This document shows positions 29,808-38,102 of a stretch of DNA of 59,737 nt, in pieces. Position 1 is the first letter of the stretch. Each line of letters opens with the position of its first letter. The stretch is taken from the IMG/VR virus record IMGVR_UViG_3300034980_000289, positions 1 to 59,737 of that record; one strand, given 5' to 3'. This DNA is from a virus. Its lineage: Duplodnaviria > Caudoviricetes. The notes below the pieces were generated by a model. It did not search any database. It was not told where the DNA came from and worked only from the letters and a program-made list of their open reading frames with translations. The translations under genes and the position numbers were made by a program.

Positions 29808-32251
29808 TATGCGTTCTCCAATGCAGTTACTTTAGCTGATAATTCTTTTATTGCTTCAACTAATACTGCATTTATCTGATTAGCGTCTTGAACTGTTTTT
29901 ATACCTGTATCTTGATGAGTATTAATCACCTCTGGAACGATAGCCTCTAATTCTTGTGCAATAAAACCAAAATTTACCCTTTGATGATTTGCGTCCTCCT
30001 CGTCTGGGAATGGGTCATCTTCCTTCTTCCATTTGAACTGAACACCCCTCATTTGATTTACTTTATCAAGAGAACCAGAAAGTGTAGAAATATTTTTCTT
30101 AAGTCTTTCATCAGAGGCGGTATGATAAGAATTTCCGCTACCTGTAATATTCCCTGTTGAAGCAAGTCTCATAGCCTCTCGTGGGTCAGATGCACCACTC
30201 GGATTATGTTGAGTATAAAAAACTAAATCACCAATATTCCAGTTTGAATCTCCACCAGCACCAGTTCTTTGTGCACCTATCGCTGCAAAAATACTATTGT
30301 AATTTCCACTTGCACTTTTTCTTGACCAAGTGATAAAAGGAGCATACGTATGGTTTAATGCATTATTTTCTAAATTTAATCCAATTTGCCACGCTCTGTC
30401 GTTAGCAGCCTGGTCGCTTGTGGAGGTTTCGCCTTGGTCACAAGCAATATTCATCTTAATAACAGGACTATATCCAATATTGTCTGCTGTCCCAGCTGTA
30501 CCAGTGCTCCAATGTTCATTCCACAATATAGTTTTATTACAAGATTGTCCTAACTGAATAGCCCCCACCCCTCCATCGCTTGATTTTGAAAGACCTAAAG
30601 CATCCATATCTGCCTCAGTAGAAGACCCTCCAATTACTAATCTTTTATCAATTCCAGCAGTTATTACTGCACCACCACCACCTACTGCATTATAAAGTTG
30701 CCAATTACTACTTCCGTTTGCCATATAGCCAGTAATCCAAGTTGCATTATTATTCTTACCGACATAACCTAATTCCGCATCATTAAAAGCACCACACTCT
30801 GAACGAATGTAAGCATCACCACTTGCCGATAAAGCAGTAGCGTCTATTATTGGGGCAGTATAACCAGACAATCCTGTTTTCGTTATAGTGAGGCACGATG
30901 TACCAGCACTCATATCGAACTCTGCTATTTCAGCCGTAAAATCAGATGCACCTATTTTCAAATTGTTTAGACTTCCCCCTAATCCAAGCCAAGCAGATGC
31001 TCCTGATGACCTTGAGCCAATATTAAATGCAGTAGTCCCTGTAAATTTTATATCACCAGCAAATGAGGCGTTAGCTGAAGAATTTATTTGCAGAGCATTG
31101 ACATAAGAACCAGACGCTTTTGTTGCTATTGAAAGATTTCCACTTGTATCTGCAAACATTTTCCATTTATCTGGGTCGTTATCTGCTTGGTCAGCAAATA
31201 AATCAATCTCAGCGTTACCTCCCTCACCACCAAGAACTCTGAACAAAGTCTCACCAGAAGCACTTCCACCGACATCAACATTCCCAGCAAATACGGCATT
31301 TTGAGAAGTATCAATAGTCAATGCAGGTAAATCATCAGCCTCATCAAAGATTACAAGAGAATTGCTCCAAGCATAAATTTGCCAATCGCCAGTACCAGCA
31401 TCATCTTCTTGCAATCTAAGTGATGGAGCGTCTCCTTTTATATGAAGAACTGGGGTTACTCCTGCATTTTCCCCAGTATCGGGAGTTGTTGTTCCAATCC
31501 CTACCGCATTTGCAGAAGAATCAACAAACAAAGTCCCACTATCCCAGTTAAAGTCTCCTGTTCCACCAGTTAAAGATGTAAGAGTACCTACTGATTCTAA
31601 TGAACTTGCAGTTACTCCACTTGCAAGGGTTGAGCCTGATAAAGTATTTGCATCTGCTGTAACTGTTATTGCAGCTGAACCATCAAAGTTTACTCCATTA
31701 ATTGCCCTTGCAGTTGCTAAAGTAGTTGCAGTAGCGGCTAGTGTTACTGCTATATTTGCTGACCCATCAAAAGAAACTCCTCCAATAGTCCTCGCAGTTG
31801 CCAATGTAGCAGCTGTAGAAGCAGTAACTGTATTTTGGTTTATCCATGACATAGTACCATCGCCATCAGACTTTAATAATTGATTATTAGTACCATCCCC
31901 ACTTACTTGTAATTCATCAGCTCCTATTGAGCCTTCACCTACAGTTGAGGATTGACCCATAATAACTACATGAAAGTCTACTCCAGAAGCAGGTGCTCCT
32001 GTAAATGTTAATATTGAACCACTAATTGTATAAGCATCTGTTGGATGTTGAAGTACACCATCTATTGTAACTATTAGATTATCTACATTAGGAGTTATCG
32101 CTACGCCCGCTACCATTAATTTATAATTAACTATTGTACCATTAGCATTTTGGTCATAAGTAGATGAACTACCATCTTGACCTAATCCATTGAAATCATC
32201 AAGGATATAGAAATTCCCACTATTTGTTGGTGCGTGTCCTATATATGGCAT
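29807..32251 (-). CDS. Tail fibre with S74 chaperone
   Basis: ATARTIGGVSFDGSA repeats; ASDERLKK...GFIAQEL. Confidence 0.85.
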   Translation of the reverse strand: MPYIGHAPTNSGNFYILDDFNGLGQDGSSSTYDQNANGTIVNYKLMVAGVAITPNVDNLIVTIDGVLQHPTDAYTISGSILTFTGAPASGVDFHVVIMGQSSTVGEGSIGADELQVSGDGTNNQLLKSDGDGTMSWINQNTVTASTAATLATARTIGGVSFDGSANIAVTLAATATTLATARAINGVNFDGSAAITVTADANTLSGSTLASGVTASSLESVGTLTSLTGGTGDFNWDSGTLFVDSSANAVGIGTTTPDTGENAGVTPVLHIKGDAPSLRLQEDDAGTGDWQIYAWSNSLVIFDEADDLPALTIDTSQNAVFAGNVDVGGSASGETLFRVLGGEGGNAEIDLFADQADNDPDKWKMFADTSGNLSIATKASGSYVNALQINSSANASFAGDIKFTGTTAFNIGSRSSGASAWLGLGGSLNNLKIGASDFTAEIAEFDMSAGTSCLTITKTGLSGYTAPIIDATALSASGDAYIRSECGAFNDAELGYVGKNNNATWITGYMANGSSNWQLYNAVGGGGAVITAGIDKRLVIGGSSTEADMDALGLSKSSDGGVGAIQLGQSCNKTILWNEHWSTGTAGTADNIGYSPVIKMNIACDQGETSTSDQAANDRAWQIGLNLENNALNHTYAPFITWSRKSASGNYNSIFAAIGAQRTGAGGDSNWNIGDLVFYTQHNPSGASDPREAMRLASTGNITGSGNSYHTASDERLKKNISTLSGSLDKVNQMRGVQFKWKKEDDPFPDEEDANHQRVNFGFIAQELEAIVPEVINTHQDTGIKTVQDANQINAVLVEAIKELSAKVTALENA

Positions 32252-32264
32252 TATGCGTTCTCCA

Positions 32265-33812
32265 TTATCCTAACAAATGTCCTGAAAACCTTGTCCATTG
32301 TCCGTTACTATCACCATAAATTGAACCACCACCAAACGTAGTAAATGAACAAGAAATATCCTCACCAGCCTCTAATTTTACTATCTGAGATATTCCAAGA
32401 GCAATATATCCATCGCCCCAAGAAGTACCATCCTGATACTCTGTTCTGCCTGGATTCCCGAAATAATGACTATTAACATTACCTCTACTGGATTTGAGAA
32501 CACAATCATATTCATATCCTGCACCCGATGAATCCGCCAAAATAGTAGCAGTAAAAAGATATACTCCTGCAACTGGGGCACAAAATATTCCATTACTTGT
32601 ATTATAATTCCCACCTACATCATATTTTTCTGCATTAAAAACTAAATCAGTATTTACAGAATAAGACGTTGATGAACTTCTATAAGCCGAAAACGAAGGC
32701 TGAGTAGGTGTTGTTACATACCCAGTTGAACCAACCTCAAAAACCATTGCTGGAGTGCCATTATGACATTGAATGATTGGTCTTGTTGCCTCAACTTCGT
32801 GTTGTTTTAGGTACATTAATACTTCAGAATTTGAGCCCGAACCAGCCCCGTGAATCTCTATAACATTAGCATCTGACCAAGTTGGTACAACTGTACTTCT
32901 ATTTGCAATTCTTAACATACTTGAAACGGTATTATAACCATTAGCGAGTGTCATTTTTTTCCCATCGCCAGTCATACTTATATCCCCAGCAAATGTGGCG
33001 TTGCCAGTAAAGGAAGATAACCCATAATGATACAATCCACCATCACTTGCTATTTCAGTTCTTTTTACACCAGCAGTTGTAAATCCAATATGGTCTGCTT
33101 GAGTTCTATACATTCCTGTATTTTTATCTGAATCCCAAGAAAAACTTGGTGCTGTTACTGAACCATTTACTCCTAAAACTTTTCCTGCAAAGGTAGCATC
33201 TTGACCAGTGTCAAGAGTCAAGGCTGTGGTTGAACCATTAGTTTTAATATATATATTTGCTGAAGATTGTGCAATCAAGTCAGACCCAGTTCCATATATT
33301 ACTTCGGCTGAATCTCCAAATTGAACACCCTCATTAGATGGTAAAACTACTGCCCCAGCGAATGTGGCAGTTGTGCCACTATAGGTAGAATTTGTAGTTC
33401 CGTTACTAATTATATAAAGAGATGACCCAACTCCACCTATTCCTGTGGATGATTCATCGTTACGAGGGTTTAGTGTTGGGTTTGTTGCGGATGCAGTTTC
33501 ATTCAAAATCCGCCCTGCTCCAGTTGCACTTCCTTTGATTGACCCTGAAGAAGTAACTGCTCCTGCATTCCATACACCAGTTGTGATTGTACCAACCGAG
33601 GTTATTTGAGTTTGAGCAGCGTCTACGTTGACAGTATTTGTGGAAAGAGTTAAACCAGTCCCTGCTACGAACTGTGTCTTAGACATAGCTATAGCAGCAG
33701 AAGCGTTTAAATCAGCATTTACTATACTTCCATCAGTAATATCAGCGGAGACAATTGTATTATCCCCAATCTGTATCGCTTGTTCCGCAGGTTTATATCC
33801 ATAATAAGCCAC
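32265..33812 (-). CDS. Tail fibre with C-terminal C1q-like head domain
   Basis: PSFSAY...VFN...YN..NG.F.APVAGVYLF...FSGHLL. Confidence 0.8.
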   Translation of the reverse strand: MAYYGYKPAEQAIQIGDNTIVSADITDGSIVNADLNASAAIAMSKTQFVAGTGLTLSTNTVNVDAAQTQITSVGTITTGVWNAGAVTSSGSIKGSATGAGRILNETASATNPTLNPRNDESSTGIGGVGSSLYIISNGTTNSTYSGTTATFAGAVVLPSNEGVQFGDSAEVIYGTGSDLIAQSSANIYIKTNGSTTALTLDTGQDATFAGKVLGVNGSVTAPSFSWDSDKNTGMYRTQADHIGFTTAGVKRTEIASDGGLYHYGLSSFTGNATFAGDISMTGDGKKMTLANGYNTVSSMLRIANRSTVVPTWSDANVIEIHGAGSGSNSEVLMYLKQHEVEATRPIIQCHNGTPAMVFEVGSTGYVTTPTQPSFSAYRSSSTSYSVNTDLVFNAEKYDVGGNYNTSNGIFCAPVAGVYLFTATILADSSGAGYEYDCVLKSSRGNVNSHYFGNPGRTEYQDGTSWGDGYIALGISQIVKLEAGEDISCSFTTFGGGSIYGDSNGQWTRFSGHLLG

Positions 33813-34174
33813 TAGACATCCATCTCCATAAGTGAAATAATTAAATCTACTGCACTTCCTGTGCTAGCCATTGCTTTGATTTTATCGGTTGTTTGTAATA
33901 CCAATTTATTTCCTTGCATAATTTCTAATGTACTTCCTGCGGGAAGAGGAGCAGACTTTATAAGATATACGTCTGAATTAGCGCTTGCATTCGCAATATC
34001 TGAATGGTCTGAAGTATCTGATATAACTTGAACATCTGCCGTTACTGCACTCCCAGTTTTGTTAGACAATGATATACTAAGTATAATTGCAGTTTTACTA
34101 GATGGTACGTCATAATATTCTTCAAGACTTGTTCCGACACTAGCCTTTGTTTTTAATTTGAATGTATTAGCCAT
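33812..34174 (-). CDS. Virion structural protein (tail-fibre associated)
   Basis: MANTFK...KLVLQTTD.I beta-sandwich type common in marine phages. Confidence 0.6.
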   Translation of the reverse strand: MANTFKLKTKASVGTSLEEYYDVPSSKTAIILSISLSNKTGSAVTADVQVISDTSDHSDIANASANSDVYLIKSAPLPAGSTLEIMQGNKLVLQTTDKIKAMASTGSAVDLIISLMEMDV

Positions 34175-34177
34175 AAT

Positions 34178-34402
34178 CTATCCTAACGCAATCGCTAAAG
34201 CGGTCGCTTGGTCGTCTACACCTTGAGAGTCTACAATCTCACGAATAATGTTTCCAGAATCTTTAAAATAAATCTTCCTTACACTTGCGTGATAATTAAG
34301 AGCCACTTCACCATAATCTATGTCTGTAGACGCATTTGTATCATGAGTAGGTGCTGGGCTAGAAGTATTACTTCTATTTCTTAGTATTATTGTGTTCGCC
34401 AT
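34178..34402 (-). CDS. Small tail-fibre-associated protein
   Basis: GEVALN...IYFKD and C-terminal ALAIALG. Confidence 0.6.
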   Translation of the reverse strand: MANTIILRNRSNTSSPAPTHDTNASTDIDYGEVALNYHASVRKIYFKDSGNIIREIVDSQGVDDQATALAIALG

Positions 34403-34414
34403 TAATTCCTCCTA

Positions 34415-35365
34415 TTAGAATGTTCCACCATTAATTGTTGCAGCATCTATACTGTTAAATGTTCCTTTGTAAAATTTACAATCTCCAACAGTACCTGATG
34501 TGACTTCAGACGAAATTGATGCGTGAGGGATGTAAACAAAAGTTCCCATTCCGCCAGCGTCCAATAAACTATCATCCATTCCAAAGAATCCCTTACGAGT
34601 TGCTGCAGAAGTGCCTCCCCACCATTTGTATAGTATACCTCTATCCTTTCCATCGTCTGAGGTTGCGGCAGTATCTCCACCAAGAACCATTATTGGGTCA
34701 TCAATCGTTACTGTTGTTGAGTTGATAGTTGAAGTAGTACCATCTACTTGTAAATTTCCAGCGATTACTACATCGCCTGAAGCGTTAAGGACTAGGTTGC
34801 CACTTGAGGTTGTAATCGTTTGGTTATCTCCCAATCCTACTGTTACAGCTCCTGCGGTTAAGCCTGCGAATGTTGGGTTACTTGTTGTCTCAACAGCTTG
34901 CCCTATTGCAATTGTTGGGGTAGCTTCTTCTCCTGAGTTATTTGCAAGAGTTACTCCAGTCCCTGCTACAAGAGTTTCAACGTATGAACCTGTTGTTTCA
35001 TCCCCTAATATAACTCCATTGTCTTTAATGGTTACTACGCCACTAGAGACTAAAAAATTATCAGTACTAAAAGCTGCTATACCTTTTGCACTAGCTGTGG
35101 CAAAAATATTTGAATCAGTTAAAGTTAAAGAAAGAGTTCTTCCTCTAGCACTTTCACTAGAAGCTGCACTCATTGTTATCCCAGCTCCAGCAGTTATATC
35201 ATCTAAGGTTGGAAGGTGGGCTGTTACTACATTAGAATTATTATGTCTTCCAACGTATAATTTTCTACCAAACTGGTCTAACGCCATTTCGCCTGACGCT
35301 AGTCCACTAGGCACAGAACTGGCATCATTAGCTGCCGCTCTTTTTATTTGTATGACATTAGCCAT
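34415..35365 (-). CDS. Tail fibre/structural protein
   Basis: IQIKR...P..LASGEMA; GNLQVDGT..INSTTVTIDDP; ends GGTF. Confidence 0.7.
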   Translation of the reverse strand: MANVIQIKRAAANDASSVPSGLASGEMALDQFGRKLYVGRHNNSNVVTAHLPTLDDITAGAGITMSAASSESARGRTLSLTLTDSNIFATASAKGIAAFSTDNFLVSSGVVTIKDNGVILGDETTGSYVETLVAGTGVTLANNSGEEATPTIAIGQAVETTSNPTFAGLTAGAVTVGLGDNQTITTSSGNLVLNASGDVVIAGNLQVDGTTSTINSTTVTIDDPIMVLGGDTAATSDDGKDRGILYKWWGGTSAATRKGFFGMDDSLLDAGGMGTFVYIPHASISSEVTSGTVGDCKFYKGTFNSIDAATINGGTF

Positions 35366-35383
35366 TATGTTCTCCTGTTATTG

Positions 35384-35704
35384 TTAACTAAATGTTCCAC
35401 CATCTAAGGTAGAAGCTCCGTCTACATGGATTTCGTTCCATGAGTCTTCATCTCTGACGTACATTACGTCATCATCGGTATCATACCACATATTCCCCTC
35501 TATTGGGGAACTTGGGGCTGAATCTTGTTTTGCTTGTAGACTAGCTACTTCCTCTAACGCATCTTGTACGTTCTTTGCCACAATACTTGGTGAAGAAGTA
35601 GGAATCTTCGTAGCGTCTATTGAAAAACTTTCGCTAGTCTTTTGTACTTGTTTAGTTCCAATGGTCTTGCTAGCTACATTTGATGTTGTTTTAATTGTTG
35701 CCAT
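35384..35704 (-). CDS. Small structural protein
   Basis: NVQDALEE, APSSP.EG.MWYDTD, LDGGTF. Confidence 0.6.
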   Translation of the reverse strand: MATIKTTSNVASKTIGTKQVQKTSESFSIDATKIPTSSPSIVAKNVQDALEEVASLQAKQDSAPSSPIEGNMWYDTDDDVMYVRDEDSWNEIHVDGASTLDGGTFS

Positions 35705-36471
35705 TAGAATGTCGGGGTCGCAGTAGAATCAACTGAGACCTCTCCTTGTGCTTGTTTAACGTAAACTGAACTCTTTTTTTCAATCAAATCCCAATATCCT
35801 TCAAATTCATCAGAAAAACATTGTGTTTTGTTTCCTGCCATTTTTATGATTATCGTACCTCCATCTGTCCCTGATGCATCCACACTATCAAAATCAACTG
35901 AAGTAGCTGCTCCTCCAAGCCAATCACTTATGATGGCTGCCCCAGTAAAATTAGTCTTAGTCATACCAGCTGTGCTAGAATCAGTAAGAGTTACTGTTGT
36001 ATTACCGTCTGTTCCTACTGTTGCCTGAGTTACAGTAATAACTGCACCCGACACCGTCGCAGTGAATCTGGTACCAGATGGGCCTGACGAAGTGTTGATA
36101 ACATTCATTAGGTTGGTCGCAGTTGCATTATTCGATGTTGTAGATTCCCATGTACCATTGACCGAACTTTGGTCACCATTAGTAAAGTCATAGTTATTAC
36201 CGTCTGTAGAAACCAAATTCACTTTATCACCTGCATTAAGTTCGGTGAAATCTGTAATGGTTATTGTCGCAGTCGCAGCCGTGGATGAAACAGCTGTGTA
36301 GACTGGCCCAGTAAAAGAAGTATCACTAAAATCTTTAACAATCTTAGCTGCGTAGGTACATCCAGTAGATGTCCACGGGCTAGCCATAGTCAGGGTTAAC
36401 TCATAGTCCTCACCCTGTTTCATTTCAACATTAGCATAAGTCTTAGATTGACTTGGTTGTATCAAAGCCAT
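35704..36471 (-). CDS. Structural protein (BppU-like with T-rich insertion)
   Basis: QG.DY N-terminus, YWDL...QGEV C-terminus, T-rich central module. Confidence 0.5.
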   Translation of the reverse strand: MALIQPSQSKTYANVEMKQGEDYELTLTMASPWTSTGCTYAAKIVKDFSDTSFTGPVYTAVSSTAATATITITDFTELNAGDKVNLVSTDGNNYDFTNGDQSSVNGTWESTTSNNATATNLMNVINTSSGPSGTRFTATVSGAVITVTQATVGTDGNTTVTLTDSSTAGMTKTNFTGAAIISDWLGGAATSVDFDSVDASGTDGGTIIIKMAGNKTQCFSDEFEGYWDLIEKKSSVYVKQAQGEVSVDSTATPTF

Positions 36472-36472
36472 T

Positions 36473-36709
36473 TTAATACAATAATACTACGCTTGTTGAA
36501 CTAGATTTTGTTGCACAAATCGAATAAGTGTGTCCCTTTAGCAAATGAAATACGACATCAACATCATTAACCGTTAAGGTTACATCTGCTGCTGTTCCTT
36601 TCATATGAACCGCTCTACACGCATCTTGCGTATTAGTATCGGCTACCACTGCTTTTGTAAAGGGGGCTACACTCTCTTGTGATGTGTAATCTTGTATTCC
36701 TTTAGCCAT
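36473..36709 (-). CDS. Small structural protein
   Basis: GGAG RBS; structural operon. Confidence 0.55.
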   Translation of the reverse strand: MAKGIQDYTSQESVAPFTKAVVADTNTQDACRAVHMKGTAADVTLTVNDVDVVFHLLKGHTYSICATKSSSTSVVLLY

Positions 36710-36721
36710 TTTAACTCCTAT

Positions 36722-37219
36722 TTAGTAATGAACAACTTCAGCATATATATTACCTGATGATGAATCAAGAAATATCTCAGCCAAGTTGTTATTCTGTGTT
36801 GCTAATCCATGAAGTACGATTGATTCTCCTTCTTCCAAAGAAAAGCCTGAATATGTTTTAGCTGGGTCTGATGCTGTTATTGCAGTATCCATTTCTCCAC
36901 CCAAACCTATTTTAATAACTGCTCCTGTTGCACTCGCCGTATCCTTGTCAGAGGTGGTAAACCCAGTATGTTTAATATAAACAAACTTAGATATAGCCCC
37001 TGAACCAATAGCTGCTGCAGTTGTAGTTACTACTTTAGATGAACTAACGTAAACTACCCCAGCATCTGCCTCGATTTCAAAATCACTACTTCCACCAAGA
37101 CTCTGGACTGCGGAATCGCTAGTACCAACATCGTGGGTAGGCATGTCATCTTCAACAGCTACTCTATGAAATACTTGAGCATTACTGGTCAATCTTACTC
37201 TTGTTGACGTTGTTGCCAT
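36722..37219 (-). CDS. Structural protein
   Basis: GGAG RBS; beta-rich sequence. Confidence 0.55.
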   Translation of the reverse strand: MATTSTRVRLTSNAQVFHRVAVEDDMPTHDVGTSDSAVQSLGGSSDFEIEADAGVVYVSSSKVVTTTAAAIGSGAISKFVYIKHTGFTTSDKDTASATGAVIKIGLGGEMDTAITASDPAKTYSGFSLEEGESIVLHGLATQNNNLAEIFLDSSSGNIYAEVVHY

Positions 37220-37231
37220 TTTATTCTCCTG

Positions 37232-37717
37232 TTATCTAACACTACTCACAGGACTAGCAAAAGCAATTGTAATTTTTTTCTTATTGCTCTCGTTATCTGC
37301 AAGTTTCTTATAAAATTCTCTCATATAATACTCTTTTAATTGAATATTACCTTGCTTTGCTGCGTCTTGGGCTTGAACGAAACATACACAAGCCAAACTC
37401 AACATTCTATTTAAATTCACGTGACTTGTCTCCTCTGGAGATGTCACCTCAGCTAAAGTGGGATTCGTCCATGTTGTTTCATTGGTATCCGTAGCTAAAG
37501 TATTTGGGTCTACATCTACAAATGGTTTTACATATGAATTATACTCGACCCTAAGACCTACGTCAATTTGCTCATCAGGGTAAATAAGTTCAGTATCATC
37601 AGCTTCAATCCTACCATTCACATCAGGTGAAAGAAGGCTATTTTTCCTTAATTGGAGTAAATGAAGCTTCTGTCCATTAATTTTCCAAAAGTAACTTGAA
37701 CTAGTATCGTAACTCAT
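37232..37717 (-). CDS. Head-tail adaptor-like protein
   Basis: Position after the capsid; coupled to the upstream ORF. Confidence 0.5.
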   Translation of the reverse strand: MSYDTSSSYFWKINGQKLHLLQLRKNSLLSPDVNGRIEADDTELIYPDEQIDVGLRVEYNSYVKPFVDVDPNTLATDTNETTWTNPTLAEVTSPEETSHVNLNRMLSLACVCFVQAQDAAKQGNIQLKEYYMREFYKKLADNESNKKKITIAFASPVSSVR

Positions 37718-37995
37718 TATGGATTTGTATCCTCTGTTATTTCAATTGGGCCAGATAATCTTCTAATTTTTTTGTACTTATTGTCATCTTCTGTGTCTAA
37801 AACGCTAATGGAATTTATGGAAATTAAATCAGCTGGTAAATCATAATCTCGCTGTCCTTTAACAATATTTATCTTTTTTACCTTTAAATTCTCTTGCTGG
37901 GTAGATTCTACCAAATGTATAGCATCTTTAATCCACGCAATAGCTAAATTAGTATCTCGGAGACCAGCTCTTTCCATTACTTCTAGAACAGTCAT
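37717..37995 (-). CDS. Head-tail adaptor-like protein (N-terminal type)
   Basis: WIKDA...GQRDYDLPADLISI, as in podoviral adaptors. Confidence 0.55.
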   Translation of the reverse strand: MTVLEVMERAGLRDTNLAIAWIKDAIHLVESTQQENLKVKKINIVKGQRDYDLPADLISINSISVLDTEDDNKYKKIRRLSGPIEITEDTNP

Positions 37996-38102
37996 TATTT
38001 ACGCCTTCTTCTTCTTCTTAATAAATTTTTCATTTTAGATGATTTTGCTTTTCTAGTCTTTCTGGGTTTTGAAACTCTTCTACTTCGCCTTTTTCTTGCC
38101 AT
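37995..38102 (-). CDS. 35-aa protamine-like basic peptide (not in ORF track)
   Basis: MARKRRSRRVSKPRKTRKAKSSKMKNLLRRRRRRK; exact TAATG coupling at both ends. Confidence 0.8.
   Translation of the reverse strand: MARKRRSRRVSKPRKTRKAKSSKMKNLLRRRRRRK

Noticed and set aside
27954-33812. Diversity-generating retroelement or invertible shufflon
   Set aside because: No reverse transcriptase, no adenine-specific TR/VR pair and no recombinase; all repeats are direct.
34611-35387. 258-aa + strand ORF and similar antisense ORFs within structural genes
   Set aside because: Shadow frames of codon-biased genes on the opposite strand.
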